Source: Chloroflexota bacterium (GTDB taxonomy: Bacteria > Chloroflexota > Anaerolineae > JAAYZQ01). From it: DNA of 64,000 nucleotides. The stretch is from the NCBI GenBank assembly GCA_018606645.1, contig JAGVRI010000005.1, positions 50,629-114,628 on the forward strand, written 5' to 3'. Made by a program: the position numbers and the translations under genes. Below are positions 48,929 through 56,910 of this stretch, in pieces. The notes under the pieces were generated by a model. It did not search any database and had not been told where the DNA came from. It was given only the letters and a program-made list of their open reading frames with translations. Positions within the stretch are counted from its first letter, which is position 1. Every line of letters starts with the position of its first letter.

Positions 48929-50357
48929 GTCGTGGTCCCGTCTCTTGCGACGCGCCACCGAGGTCCTGCGCACCGAGGGTCTGCGGAGTTTTTTCTTCAA
49001 GGTGCTGGGCGAGACGGTGTACCGTCGGGTGGTGGTGGTAGAGCGCGACCTGAGCCAGCCGCCGCCCGTGGTACAGGCCCGCCTGCCGGTAAGTATCGTC
49101 CGACTCTGCGACAGCGAGATAGAAGAATATGTGGCCTTTCGACCAGAGACCGACGCCGCCGAGGTGCGCCGGCGTCTTCAGGCCGGACAGGTCTGCTGGC
49201 TGGTCCGGTATGAGGGGCGCATCGTCCACTCCTGCTGGGTGACCACTGGCCGCGCCTGGATCGAGTACCTGGGCTGGGACGTCGCATTGCCTCCGGACAC
49301 AGCCTACTCGTACGAGTCCTTTACCGCTCCCGAGTTGCGCGGACAGAACCTCGCTGTGGCGCGTTCGGTGGTGATGCAACAGGCGCTCCGCCAGGCTGGA
49401 TATCGGCGGGCGGTGGCGGTTATCATGCCGGAGAACCGGGCCGGCTTTTATCCAGCAGAAAAAGCCGGGTATCGTCGCGTTGGAGTGATGGGCTATCTGC
49501 GGATCGGCCCGTGGCGGTGGACCTTTGGCCGGGATGCCTTCTACCGGCCCATCCGCACCGACGAGCCGGCCTATTGGGATCAGGTGGCGCGGCGAAGCAG
49601 GGAGCGCCCCCCCTACCTCGACCCGTTCCTCGGCGAGCTCAAGCGGCAGGCGCACCTGGCGCTCATTCGCCGCTGGGGTGGCCTGACCGATGCCGGCTGG
49701 GTGATGAAGACGGACCTTTATGAAGAGGCGACCGGCCCCGATGCCTTTCTACCCGACCTGGAGGGAGAGCGACGGCGATTGCTGGGCATCGACCTCTCGC
49801 CGGTCATCGTCCAGGAGGCTCAGCGCCGCCATTCATCCACGGCAGCGCATTATGTGGTGGCCGATGTGCGCCGTTTGCCCCTGGCCGACCGAACGATCGC
49901 CTGCATCGTATCGCCTTCCACCTTGGACCATTTCCCCGACCCCGCCGACCTGGGCCGCAGCCTGAGCGAACTGCGCCGGGTCCTGGCGACCAGCGGCCGG
50001 CTGATCGTGACCGTGGACAATCGGCAGAACATCCTGGACCCGCTGCTGCGCCTGATCGCCCGACTGGGGCGGGCGCCCTATTACCTGGGCCGATCCTATC
50101 GCATCGGCGAGTTGGTTCGCGCGCTGGAGGCAGCGGGGTTAACGGTGCGCGACACGACCGCCATCCTTCACAATCCCCGCCTGATGGCCACGGCGGCGGT
50201 GGCGGTGGCCGACCGACTGCGCTGGCCGCAGTTCCGCAACGTGGTGCAGCGTGCCCTGATCGCAGCTCAGCGGCTGGAAGGGACGCGGTGGCAATACCTG
50301 ACCGGAAGCTTTATCGCCGCACTGGCCATCCGCAGCGCCTCGGCGGAGGAGAGGTGA
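48921..50357 (+). CDS. bifunctional GNAT-family N-acyltransferase / class I SAM-dependent methyltransferase fusion
   Basis: The N-terminal ~200 aa are GNAT-like (VRYEGRIVHSCWV ... QAGYRRAVAVIMPENRAGFYPAEKAGYRRVG). The C-terminal ~230 aa are a type-11 MTase (LLGIDLSPVIVQEA, VADVRRLPLADRTIACIVS, LATSGRLIVTV). The start at MVRSW overlaps the upstream stop. Confidence 0.65.
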   Translation: MVRSWSRLLRRATEVLRTEGLRSFFFKVLGETVYRRVVVVERDLSQPPPVVQARLPVSIVRLCDSEIEEYVAFRPETDAAEVRRRLQAGQVCWLVRYEGRIVHSCWVTTGRAWIEYLGWDVALPPDTAYSYESFTAPELRGQNLAVARSVVMQQALRQAGYRRAVAVIMPENRAGFYPAEKAGYRRVGVMGYLRIGPWRWTFGRDAFYRPIRTDEPAYWDQVARRSRERPPYLDPFLGELKRQAHLALIRRWGGLTDAGWVMKTDLYEEATGPDAFLPDLEGERRRLLGIDLSPVIVQEAQRRHSSTAAHYVVADVRRLPLADRTIACIVSPSTLDHFPDPADLGRSLSELRRVLATSGRLIVTVDNRQNILDPLLRLIARLGRAPYYLGRSYRIGELVRALEAAGLTVRDTTAILHNPRLMATAAVAVADRLRWPQFRNVVQRALIAAQRLEGTRWQYLTGSFIAALAIRSASAEER

Positions 50358-53266
50358 TCAAACTCTCGGTCATCATCCCCGTCCATAACGGCGGCGAGGA
50401 TTTTCGACGCTGTCTTGTTGCGCTGGCGGCCTCCTTCCGTCCGCCGGATGAGCTGATTGTGGTGGATGATGGCTCTAGCGATGGTTCGGGCGACGTAGCG
50501 CGACAGTTCGGCGCGCATGTTGTACGGATCGAGGGGGCGCCGCGCGGCCCCGCCTTTGCCCGCAATCGCGGCGCCGAGTGCGCCCACGGCGATCTACTGG
50601 TGTTCCTGGATGCCGACGTGGCCGTCCACCCTGACACCCTGGCGCAGATCGAGCAGTCCTGGAAGGACCACCCGGAACTGGACGCACTGTTCGCCTCGTA
50701 CGACGCCGACCCGCCGGCCCGTGGACTGGCGACGCGCTACAAGAACCTGCTCCACCATTATGTACATCAGCATGGCAGCCGGGAGGCCTCCACTTTCTGG
50801 GCCGGCTGCGGCGCCATCGACCGTCAGGTATTTGCGGCGCTAGGCGGCTTTGACGAACGCTACACTCGGCCGGCGGTTGAGGACATCGAGCTTGGCCTCC
50901 GGCTGAAACGGGCAGGATACCGCGTCGGGCTGTGCCCTGAGATCCAGGTCACGCATCTCAAACGATGGACCCTGGCCAGTCTGATCCGCACCGATATCTG
51001 CAACCGGGCCGTTCCCTGGACGCAGCTCATCCTCCAGCATGGTCACCTCCCGGATGACCTGAACCTGACCATCCGCAGTCGCTGGAGCGCGCTGGCCGCC
51101 TGGGTGGCGGCGATCGGTCTGTTCCTCGGCTTTGGCTGGCCCACGGCCTGGCTCGGTGCCCTGGCCGGCACCGTTGCCTTGATCGCGCTGAACGCTGACC
51201 TGTACCGCTTCTTCTACCAACGGGGAGGACCAGGCTTTGCGGTCGGCGCAACAGGGTTACATGCCCTCTATCTGCTGTACAGCAGTCTGGTGTTTGGCCT
51301 CATGGCGGTCGCCCACGGCCGCGCCGGCCTAGTCAAGTGTTGGCGACGGCTGGCTCCCGCCCGGCGCGCCCTGGTAGGATTGCTGGCGCTGACGCTGGTC
51401 AAGGGATGGTTGTGGAGTATCATCGTCCCGGTCTGGCTGGGCGGCGATGAAGATCAACATTTTGGTTACGTCCAGGAGTTCACCCGTCAGCGCGCCTGGC
51501 CGGTCCAGCCACCAGAGATGGTCCCCCGGGAGAGGGCATTGCTCTGGGAGTTGCTCCGCCCCGTTGCCATCTCGGTGCAACGCGAGCCGTTTGATTTCTC
51601 TCCATCCGGGCTGAGTCAAATCCAGGCGCTGAGGCGCCAACTGGACACGCCGGCGGCGCGCACTGAACTCGTGCCCACCTTCTCGATGCCCTATTTCATC
51701 CGCCAGCATCCGCCCCTGTACTATACCCTGCTGGCCCCCGTCCACCACCTGGGGGTCGAACGCAGCATTCTGGTGCGCATCGCCTGGATGCGGCTTGTTT
51801 CGGTGCTGATGGCAGTGGCGACCGTGGGCTGCGCCTATGGCGCAGCCCACACGCTCTGGCCAGATCGACCGTGGTTTCCCTGCACCGTGGCCACACTGGT
51901 GAGTTTCCATCCCCTGTTCACCTTTTACACGGCGATCATCGGCAACGCAGCGTTGGAAATGCTGGACTGGGCTGCGTTCACGTGGCTGGCCGCTATCATC
52001 GTTCGCCGCGGGATGAATGGACGACGAGGGCTGGCGCTCGGTGGGGTCATGGCCGCCGGGTTGCTGACCCGGAGCAGTTTTCTCGCCGCCTGGCTGTTGT
52101 TCCTGGTCCTAGGGGGATGGGATATCCTGCGGGCGAAAGGGCGCTTCCATTGGCAAGGGTGGGCGGCGGCGATAGGAACGCCGGTGTTGCTGGCCGGGTG
52201 GTGGTACCTGGACTTGATATCCACTGGCGGCGGCGAGATGGTCGAACTCTACCGTTCCTCGGACGCATCCGTAACGGCGGTGCCGCTACTGCCCTACTTG
52301 CGCACCTACCCCTGGCTGACCCGCTATCGGCCGCTCTTGCGCGAATGGTGGGGGGCCTTTGGCTTCCGGGATACCTACTATCCCCTTCCCATGTACGGCC
52401 TCCTGGAGTTGCTGACGGGGCTGGCCCTCGTGGGTTGGGGGTGGTTGGGTCTGCGGCTGCTGCAGCGCAAGAGGGTGAGCAGCGGCGACCGGTGGATGCT
52501 GGCCATCGGCGTCATTTCGACGGTGGGCCTGATCGCCTTTTACACGGCGCTGGACTACCGGATGGCCCAGAGCGGGAGTTGGTTCAAGATCCAAGGGCGT
52601 TACTATCTCGCACCCGTCATAGCCCAGATGGCCGCCCTGGCCGTGGGCTGGCGGGCCTGGGGGCGCCGGTGGATGGTGCTGGCGATGTGTGTAGGCATGA
52701 TCGGGCTGAACAGCTACGCCCTGGCGGGCGTGATCGCGCCGCGCTACTATGGTGAGCAGATCGTGGTGCGCTATGAGCCGACCGGGGACCCAGCGTCGCT
52801 TGTCCCCGGGTTGACCGTTTCCCGGACTTTTGAGTTGGAAGGGAAGGGCTTGTCGCGCCTGGATATCTGGTTGAGCCGGGAAAAAGAAGCCGCGCCGGAG
52901 GCAACGGTGATCGTGGTAGAAAACGGGCAGGAGGTCGTTCGCCTGTCCATCGCGGCATCGCAGATGACGGCTCCCTACCCCACTGTGCTGCGCTTCCGAC
53001 CTCAGCCAGAAGGGAGCCATCGGTACACAGTGGAGGTGCGTGGCAGTGGGACGAAAGTAGCTCGATCTGAAGACGGGCAGTTGGCGCTCAAAGCCTACTA
53101 CCAGGTTCCCCCTCTGGAGATGCTGACACGAATGACGATCATCCAGCCGGCCGGTTACACCGTCGGCCTGATCGTGGTGCTGGGCAGCCTCTACCTGTTG
53201 GGGTTGGCAGCGTGGCTCTGGGCCTTTCTGGCTGGTGGCCTCTTGCAGAGGCGATCCGATGGATAG
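50354..53266 (+). CDS. glycosyltransferase family 2 (GT-A) domain fused to a large polytopic membrane domain (GT-C/ArnT/PMT-like) with a C-terminal extracytoplasmic domain
   Basis: The GTG start overlaps the upstream stop (GTGA). The N-terminus has LSVIIPVHNGGEDFRRCL ... VVDDGSSDGS ... LVFLDADV, i.e. a GT2 DxD. More than 15 hydrophobic helices follow (residues about 230-800), then a ~150-aa soluble domain and a final TM. Confidence 0.7.
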   Translation: MIKLSVIIPVHNGGEDFRRCLVALAASFRPPDELIVVDDGSSDGSGDVARQFGAHVVRIEGAPRGPAFARNRGAECAHGDLLVFLDADVAVHPDTLAQIEQSWKDHPELDALFASYDADPPARGLATRYKNLLHHYVHQHGSREASTFWAGCGAIDRQVFAALGGFDERYTRPAVEDIELGLRLKRAGYRVGLCPEIQVTHLKRWTLASLIRTDICNRAVPWTQLILQHGHLPDDLNLTIRSRWSALAAWVAAIGLFLGFGWPTAWLGALAGTVALIALNADLYRFFYQRGGPGFAVGATGLHALYLLYSSLVFGLMAVAHGRAGLVKCWRRLAPARRALVGLLALTLVKGWLWSIIVPVWLGGDEDQHFGYVQEFTRQRAWPVQPPEMVPRERALLWELLRPVAISVQREPFDFSPSGLSQIQALRRQLDTPAARTELVPTFSMPYFIRQHPPLYYTLLAPVHHLGVERSILVRIAWMRLVSVLMAVATVGCAYGAAHTLWPDRPWFPCTVATLVSFHPLFTFYTAIIGNAALEMLDWAAFTWLAAIIVRRGMNGRRGLALGGVMAAGLLTRSSFLAAWLLFLVLGGWDILRAKGRFHWQGWAAAIGTPVLLAGWWYLDLISTGGGEMVELYRSSDASVTAVPLLPYLRTYPWLTRYRPLLREWWGAFGFRDTYYPLPMYGLLELLTGLALVGWGWLGLRLLQRKRVSSGDRWMLAIGVISTVGLIAFYTALDYRMAQSGSWFKIQGRYYLAPVIAQMAALAVGWRAWGRRWMVLAMCVGMIGLNSYALAGVIAPRYYGEQIVVRYEPTGDPASLVPGLTVSRTFELEGKGLSRLDIWLSREKEAAPEATVIVVENGQEVVRLSIAASQMTAPYPTVLRFRPQPEGSHRYTVEVRGSGTKVARSEDGQLALKAYYQVPPLEMLTRMTIIQPAGYTVGLIVVLGSLYLLGLAAWLWAFLAGGLLQRRSDG

Positions 53267-53302
53267 GGCGTGGGGGTCCCCCGGATGGACTCTCCCACGA
53301 TC

Positions 53303-53368
53303 GGTTCACTTTTCAACTGGAAACCGTTCGTTTTTCAGCCGGAAATGGTTCACTTTTCAACTTTTAAC
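53303..53368. repeat. three tandem 22-bp direct repeats (GGTTCACTTTTCAACTGGAAAC / CGTTCGTTTTTCAGCCGGAAAT / GGTTCACTTTTCAACTTTTAAC)
   Basis: The 16-nt core GGTTCACTTTTCAACT is identical at 53303-53318 and 53347-53362, and a degenerate copy sits at 53325-53340. The period is exactly 22 bp, immediately upstream of the LacI-operon promoter. Confidence 0.6.
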
Positions 53369-53389
53369 GACAATAACCACAAATGAGTC

Positions 53390-53436
53390 TTGACAAACGT
53401 TTGTCTTTGTGCTATACTGGAAGACAAACGTTTGTA
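53390..53436 (+). promoter_or_regulatory. promoter (TTGACA -17 nt- TATACT) bracketed by two LacI-type palindromic operators (GACAAACGTTTGTC at 53392-53405 and GACAAACGTTTGTA at 53423-53436)
   Basis: The first palindrome is a perfect 14 bp with a central CG and overlaps the -35. The second has 13/14 matches and lies downstream of the -10 (53413-53418). The LacI-family gene start follows 24 nt later. Confidence 0.7.
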
Positions 53437-53459
53437 TTCGCCGTGGAGAAGGGAAGCCA

Positions 53460-54458
53460 ATGGCGGTTACCATTAAGGACATCGCCCGGGTGGCCGGCGT
53501 TTCCTATGGCACCGTATCACGGGCCCTGAACGACAGCCCGCGGGTCAAACCGGAGACCAGGACTCGCATCCAACGGCTCGCTCAGGAGATGGGCTACGAA
53601 CCCAGCGCCCTGGGCCGCGGTCTGGCCACCCGACGTAGCAAGTCCCTGGGTGTGGCCGTCCTGGATATCACCGATCCCTTTATCGCTGAACTGGTGCGCG
53701 CGATCGATCGGGTGGCCCTCGACCATGGTTACAGCCTGATCCTATCCCACTGCGGCGGGGATCCTGAACGGGAGTTGGCCGCCATTCGTCTCTTACGCCA
53801 GCGGCGCGCCGATGCGATCATCGTCCCCGATCCGCGTGTCGCTGACTCACTTCTCCTTCGGGAGCCAGGTGATGCACCGGTCGTGCTGATCAACCGCCGC
53901 ACTTATCAATACTCGGTTAGTACCGATAACCAGGCCGCTGCCCGGGAGGCGGTGCGCCATCTGCTCTCCCTGGGACACACCCGCATTGCCTATATCGGAA
54001 GCCGCCTCAACCTGACTGAGAATCCAGAACGGCTGGCTGGCTACCAGCAGGCGCTGGCCGAGGCAGGCCTGGTACCGCCGGCCGAATACCTTGTTGAGGC
54101 GGACGGCTGGCCGGAGGGAGGCCAGCGGGCGATGCGCCGCCTGTTGGCGCTGCCGCACCCGCCCAGTGCCGTCTTCTGCTTCAATGACCTGACTGCCCTG
54201 GGGGCCATCGAGGCCATTCGCAGTGCCGGACTCAAGGTCCCCGAAGACCTGTCGGTGGCGGGTTTTGATGACATCTATCTGGCACGTTACAGCTCCCCGC
54301 CCCTGACTACGGTAACTCAACAGAGCGATCGGATGGCCCGTCTGGCCGTCGAGATGGCGCTGGCCCTGATTGAAGGCACCCCACTGCCGACCCAGACGAC
54401 CCTGCCGGGGCGATTGGTGGTCCGTCAATCCACAGCCCCGCCCAGAAAGGAACCATGA
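53460..54458 (+). CDS. LacI-family transcriptional regulator
   Basis: HTH (VTIKDIARVAGVSYGTVSRALN) plus a type-I periplasmic-binding-like effector domain. The start is the ATG at 53460, after a GGAGAAGGGAAG RBS-like stretch. Confidence 0.9.
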   Translation: MAVTIKDIARVAGVSYGTVSRALNDSPRVKPETRTRIQRLAQEMGYEPSALGRGLATRRSKSLGVAVLDITDPFIAELVRAIDRVALDHGYSLILSHCGGDPERELAAIRLLRQRRADAIIVPDPRVADSLLLREPGDAPVVLINRRTYQYSVSTDNQAAAREAVRHLLSLGHTRIAYIGSRLNLTENPERLAGYQQALAEAGLVPPAEYLVEADGWPEGGQRAMRRLLALPHPPSAVFCFNDLTALGAIEAIRSAGLKVPEDLSVAGFDDIYLARYSSPPLTTVTQQSDRMARLAVEMALALIEGTPLPTQTTLPGRLVVRQSTAPPRKEP

Positions 54459-55309
54459 TTCTGTTAAAGGAGTCCAAGATGCTCATTGGATGGAACGGAG
54501 AGACCTTACCGGCATTGCCTCTGGAAGAGGAGATCATCATCGCCGCGGAGGCTGGTTATGACGGACTGGAACTGTTCATTCCCAAGCTGGCGCCGTTCCT
54601 GGCGCGCCACACGCCGGATGAACTGGCGCGGCGCTTGCAGGAAAGCAGGCTTCGCCCTCTGACCTTGAACGGCATCGAGAACATCAACCTGCGCACCGCA
54701 GAAGCGTTTGCTGAGCTGAAAGCAGAGTGCCGCCGGCTGGCCGATCTGGCACAACAAATCGGCTGTCCATGCATCGTCGTCGTACCCAGTCCCCGGCCGG
54801 CCGGAATGTCATGGCCTGAGGTGCGTGACCAGACCGTCCGCGCGCTGCAAGAACTGGCCGACGTGAGCGCTCCGCAAGGCGTGCAGCTTGCCTTCGAGTT
54901 TCTGGCGCCGGCCAACTGTTCCGTGCGCACCCTGGCCGAGGCATGGGACATCGTCCAGGCCACCGGTCGGCAGGAGGTGGGGTTGGTGCTCGACACCTAC
55001 CACTTTATCGTCGGCGGTTCCCGGTGGGAGTCGCTCGATGAGATCGATATGGATCGACTGCTGATCGTGCACATCAACGATGTAGAGGACCGGCCTCTGG
55101 AAACGTTGACCGACGCCGACCGTCTGCTGCCCGGTGAGGGCATCCTGCCGTTGACCCAGCTTCTCTCTCGCCTTCAGGCGCGCGGCTATGACCGGGCGTA
55201 CTCGTTGGAAGTGATGCGACCCGCCTATCGGGAACGCGATCCGCGCGAGTACGCCCGGGCCGGGCATGAGGCGATTACGGCAGTGCTGAAACGGGCTTCT
55301 CTGGCGTGA
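54455..55309 (+). CDS. sugar phosphate isomerase/epimerase (xylose-isomerase-like TIM barrel)
   Basis: 284 aa with AP-endonuclease-2/IolE-like TIM features (EAGYDGLELF, VHINDVEDRP). ATGA overlap with the lacI-family stop. Confidence 0.75.
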   Translation: MILLKESKMLIGWNGETLPALPLEEEIIIAAEAGYDGLELFIPKLAPFLARHTPDELARRLQESRLRPLTLNGIENINLRTAEAFAELKAECRRLADLAQQIGCPCIVVVPSPRPAGMSWPEVRDQTVRALQELADVSAPQGVQLAFEFLAPANCSVRTLAEAWDIVQATGRQEVGLVLDTYHFIVGGSRWESLDEIDMDRLLIVHINDVEDRPLETLTDADRLLPGEGILPLTQLLSRLQARGYDRAYSLEVMRPAYRERDPREYARAGHEAITAVLKRASLA

Positions 55310-55487
55310 TCCAAAAGGCTGGGAGCCATGGGGGTTCTCGCTCGTTTGTCCGCATTCGGACATGGCTCGCCTGGAAGAGACGTCTGCTTTGGTGGAAAGG
55401 GGGTGAGATGCGAATCCATCGGTTTCTGGTCAAGCCCAAGGGTGGTGACCACCACCCACTTGTCTATTTCTAGGGAGGAGGTGGAAT

Positions 55488-56867
55488 ATGTCAGCGTCCA
55501 AAAAGAACGATATCAGCCGGCGTGACTTCCTGCGCCTGAGTGTGGTGGCAGCAGGGGGAAGCCTGTTGGCTACTCAGTGTCGTCCCGCCTCGCCGACCGC
55601 TCCGCCGGCGGTTGCTACCCAGTCGGCAGCTCCCTCAGCGCCAGCGGCCAAAGCCAAGGTGGTAATCGCCGCCGGGGCCGATGCCTCGACCGAGCCAATG
55701 CGCGACATGATCAATTCGGGCATGGCCGAACAGGCGTTGGGCTTTCCGGTAGAGTGGGTCGAGTTGCCGTACACCACCCTCTACGAAAAACTGGTCCAGG
55801 TTGGTTCGAGCAAGGGATCCGATTTTGACCTGTATATGATGGACGATCCCTGGGTCCCGCAGTTTGCCGGCGGCGGGTTTCTCATGAACATGACCAAGAT
55901 GGGCTATACCCCGGGACCGGGATTCATCGAAAAGACCCTCGATCTGGGTTGGTGGCCGCCCAAGACCGGTCCCCGTGTGCCAGGCATCGGCGCCGATGTC
56001 CAGCCAGAACTCTACGTCCTGCCGATCATTGGCGACTGCCAGATCTTCTTCTATCGGAAGGACCTGCTGGAGGAGGCGGGCATTGCTCCTCCAGAGACCT
56101 GGGATGACATTATCCAGATCGGAGAGAAGCTGGCCAAGCCAGAGCAAGGACTATATCTCCTGGCCGCCCGAGGCGTGCGTGGCAACCCGGTCGTCACCGA
56201 GTGGTTCCCGTACCTCTATTCTCATGGGGGCGAGATCTTTGACGAAAAATGGAATATTACCTTCCATCAGCAAGCGGGGATCGATGCCCTGCAACTCTTT
56301 GTGGACCTGCTGAAATGGGAACCGCCGGGTGTGGCGACCTACGATTCGGACGAGCAGGGAGCCTGCTACCTGCAGGGCAACTGCATCACCAACATCGAGT
56401 GGACGGGCTGGATCAGCCAGGCCGAAAACCCGGAAAAATCCAAGGTGGTCGGTTTGACCGGCTGGACCACCACGCCGAAAAAGGTGCGCAGCGCCTCCCA
56501 GATCGGCAACTGGGTGATGGGCATCGGCGCTGGCTCCAAGAACCCCGATGGAGCGCTCAAATTCCTGGACTGGTTCCTGCGGGATGACGTACAGATCGAA
56601 CTGGCCAAGCGCAAAGGGGTGCCGGTCAAGCAGGCTCCCTATCAGGACAAGGACCTCCAGGCCCAATTCCCGTGGCTGCCCACCATTCTCCACGCCCTGG
56701 AGAATTCGGTGTGGCGGCCGCGCACGCCAGAATGGCCCAAAGTGGAGGATATCCTGGGCCTGCACCTGAACATGGCCTTGACTGGACAGGAAGGAGTGCA
56801 GGAGGCCCTAAACAACGCGGCCAAAGAAGCGACCGATTACCTGAAGAGCGTCGGCTACTACAGCTAG
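55488..56867 (+). CDS. carbohydrate ABC transporter substrate-binding protein (CUT1 family) with Tat-type signal
   Basis: RRDFLRLSVVAAGGSLLATQC signal/lipobox, a family-1 SBP fold and a GGAGG RBS. Confidence 0.85.
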   Translation: MSASKKNDISRRDFLRLSVVAAGGSLLATQCRPASPTAPPAVATQSAAPSAPAAKAKVVIAAGADASTEPMRDMINSGMAEQALGFPVEWVELPYTTLYEKLVQVGSSKGSDFDLYMMDDPWVPQFAGGGFLMNMTKMGYTPGPGFIEKTLDLGWWPPKTGPRVPGIGADVQPELYVLPIIGDCQIFFYRKDLLEEAGIAPPETWDDIIQIGEKLAKPEQGLYLLAARGVRGNPVVTEWFPYLYSHGGEIFDEKWNITFHQQAGIDALQLFVDLLKWEPPGVATYDSDEQGACYLQGNCITNIEWTGWISQAENPEKSKVVGLTGWTTTPKKVRSASQIGNWVMGIGAGSKNPDGALKFLDWFLRDDVQIELAKRKGVPVKQAPYQDKDLQAQFPWLPTILHALENSVWRPRTPEWPKVEDILGLHLNMALTGQEGVQEALNNAAKEATDYLKSVGYYS

Positions 56868-56910
56868 CTACCCACCGGCCGCCCCGGAGGAAAGGGAGGA
56901 GCCAGCCGAG

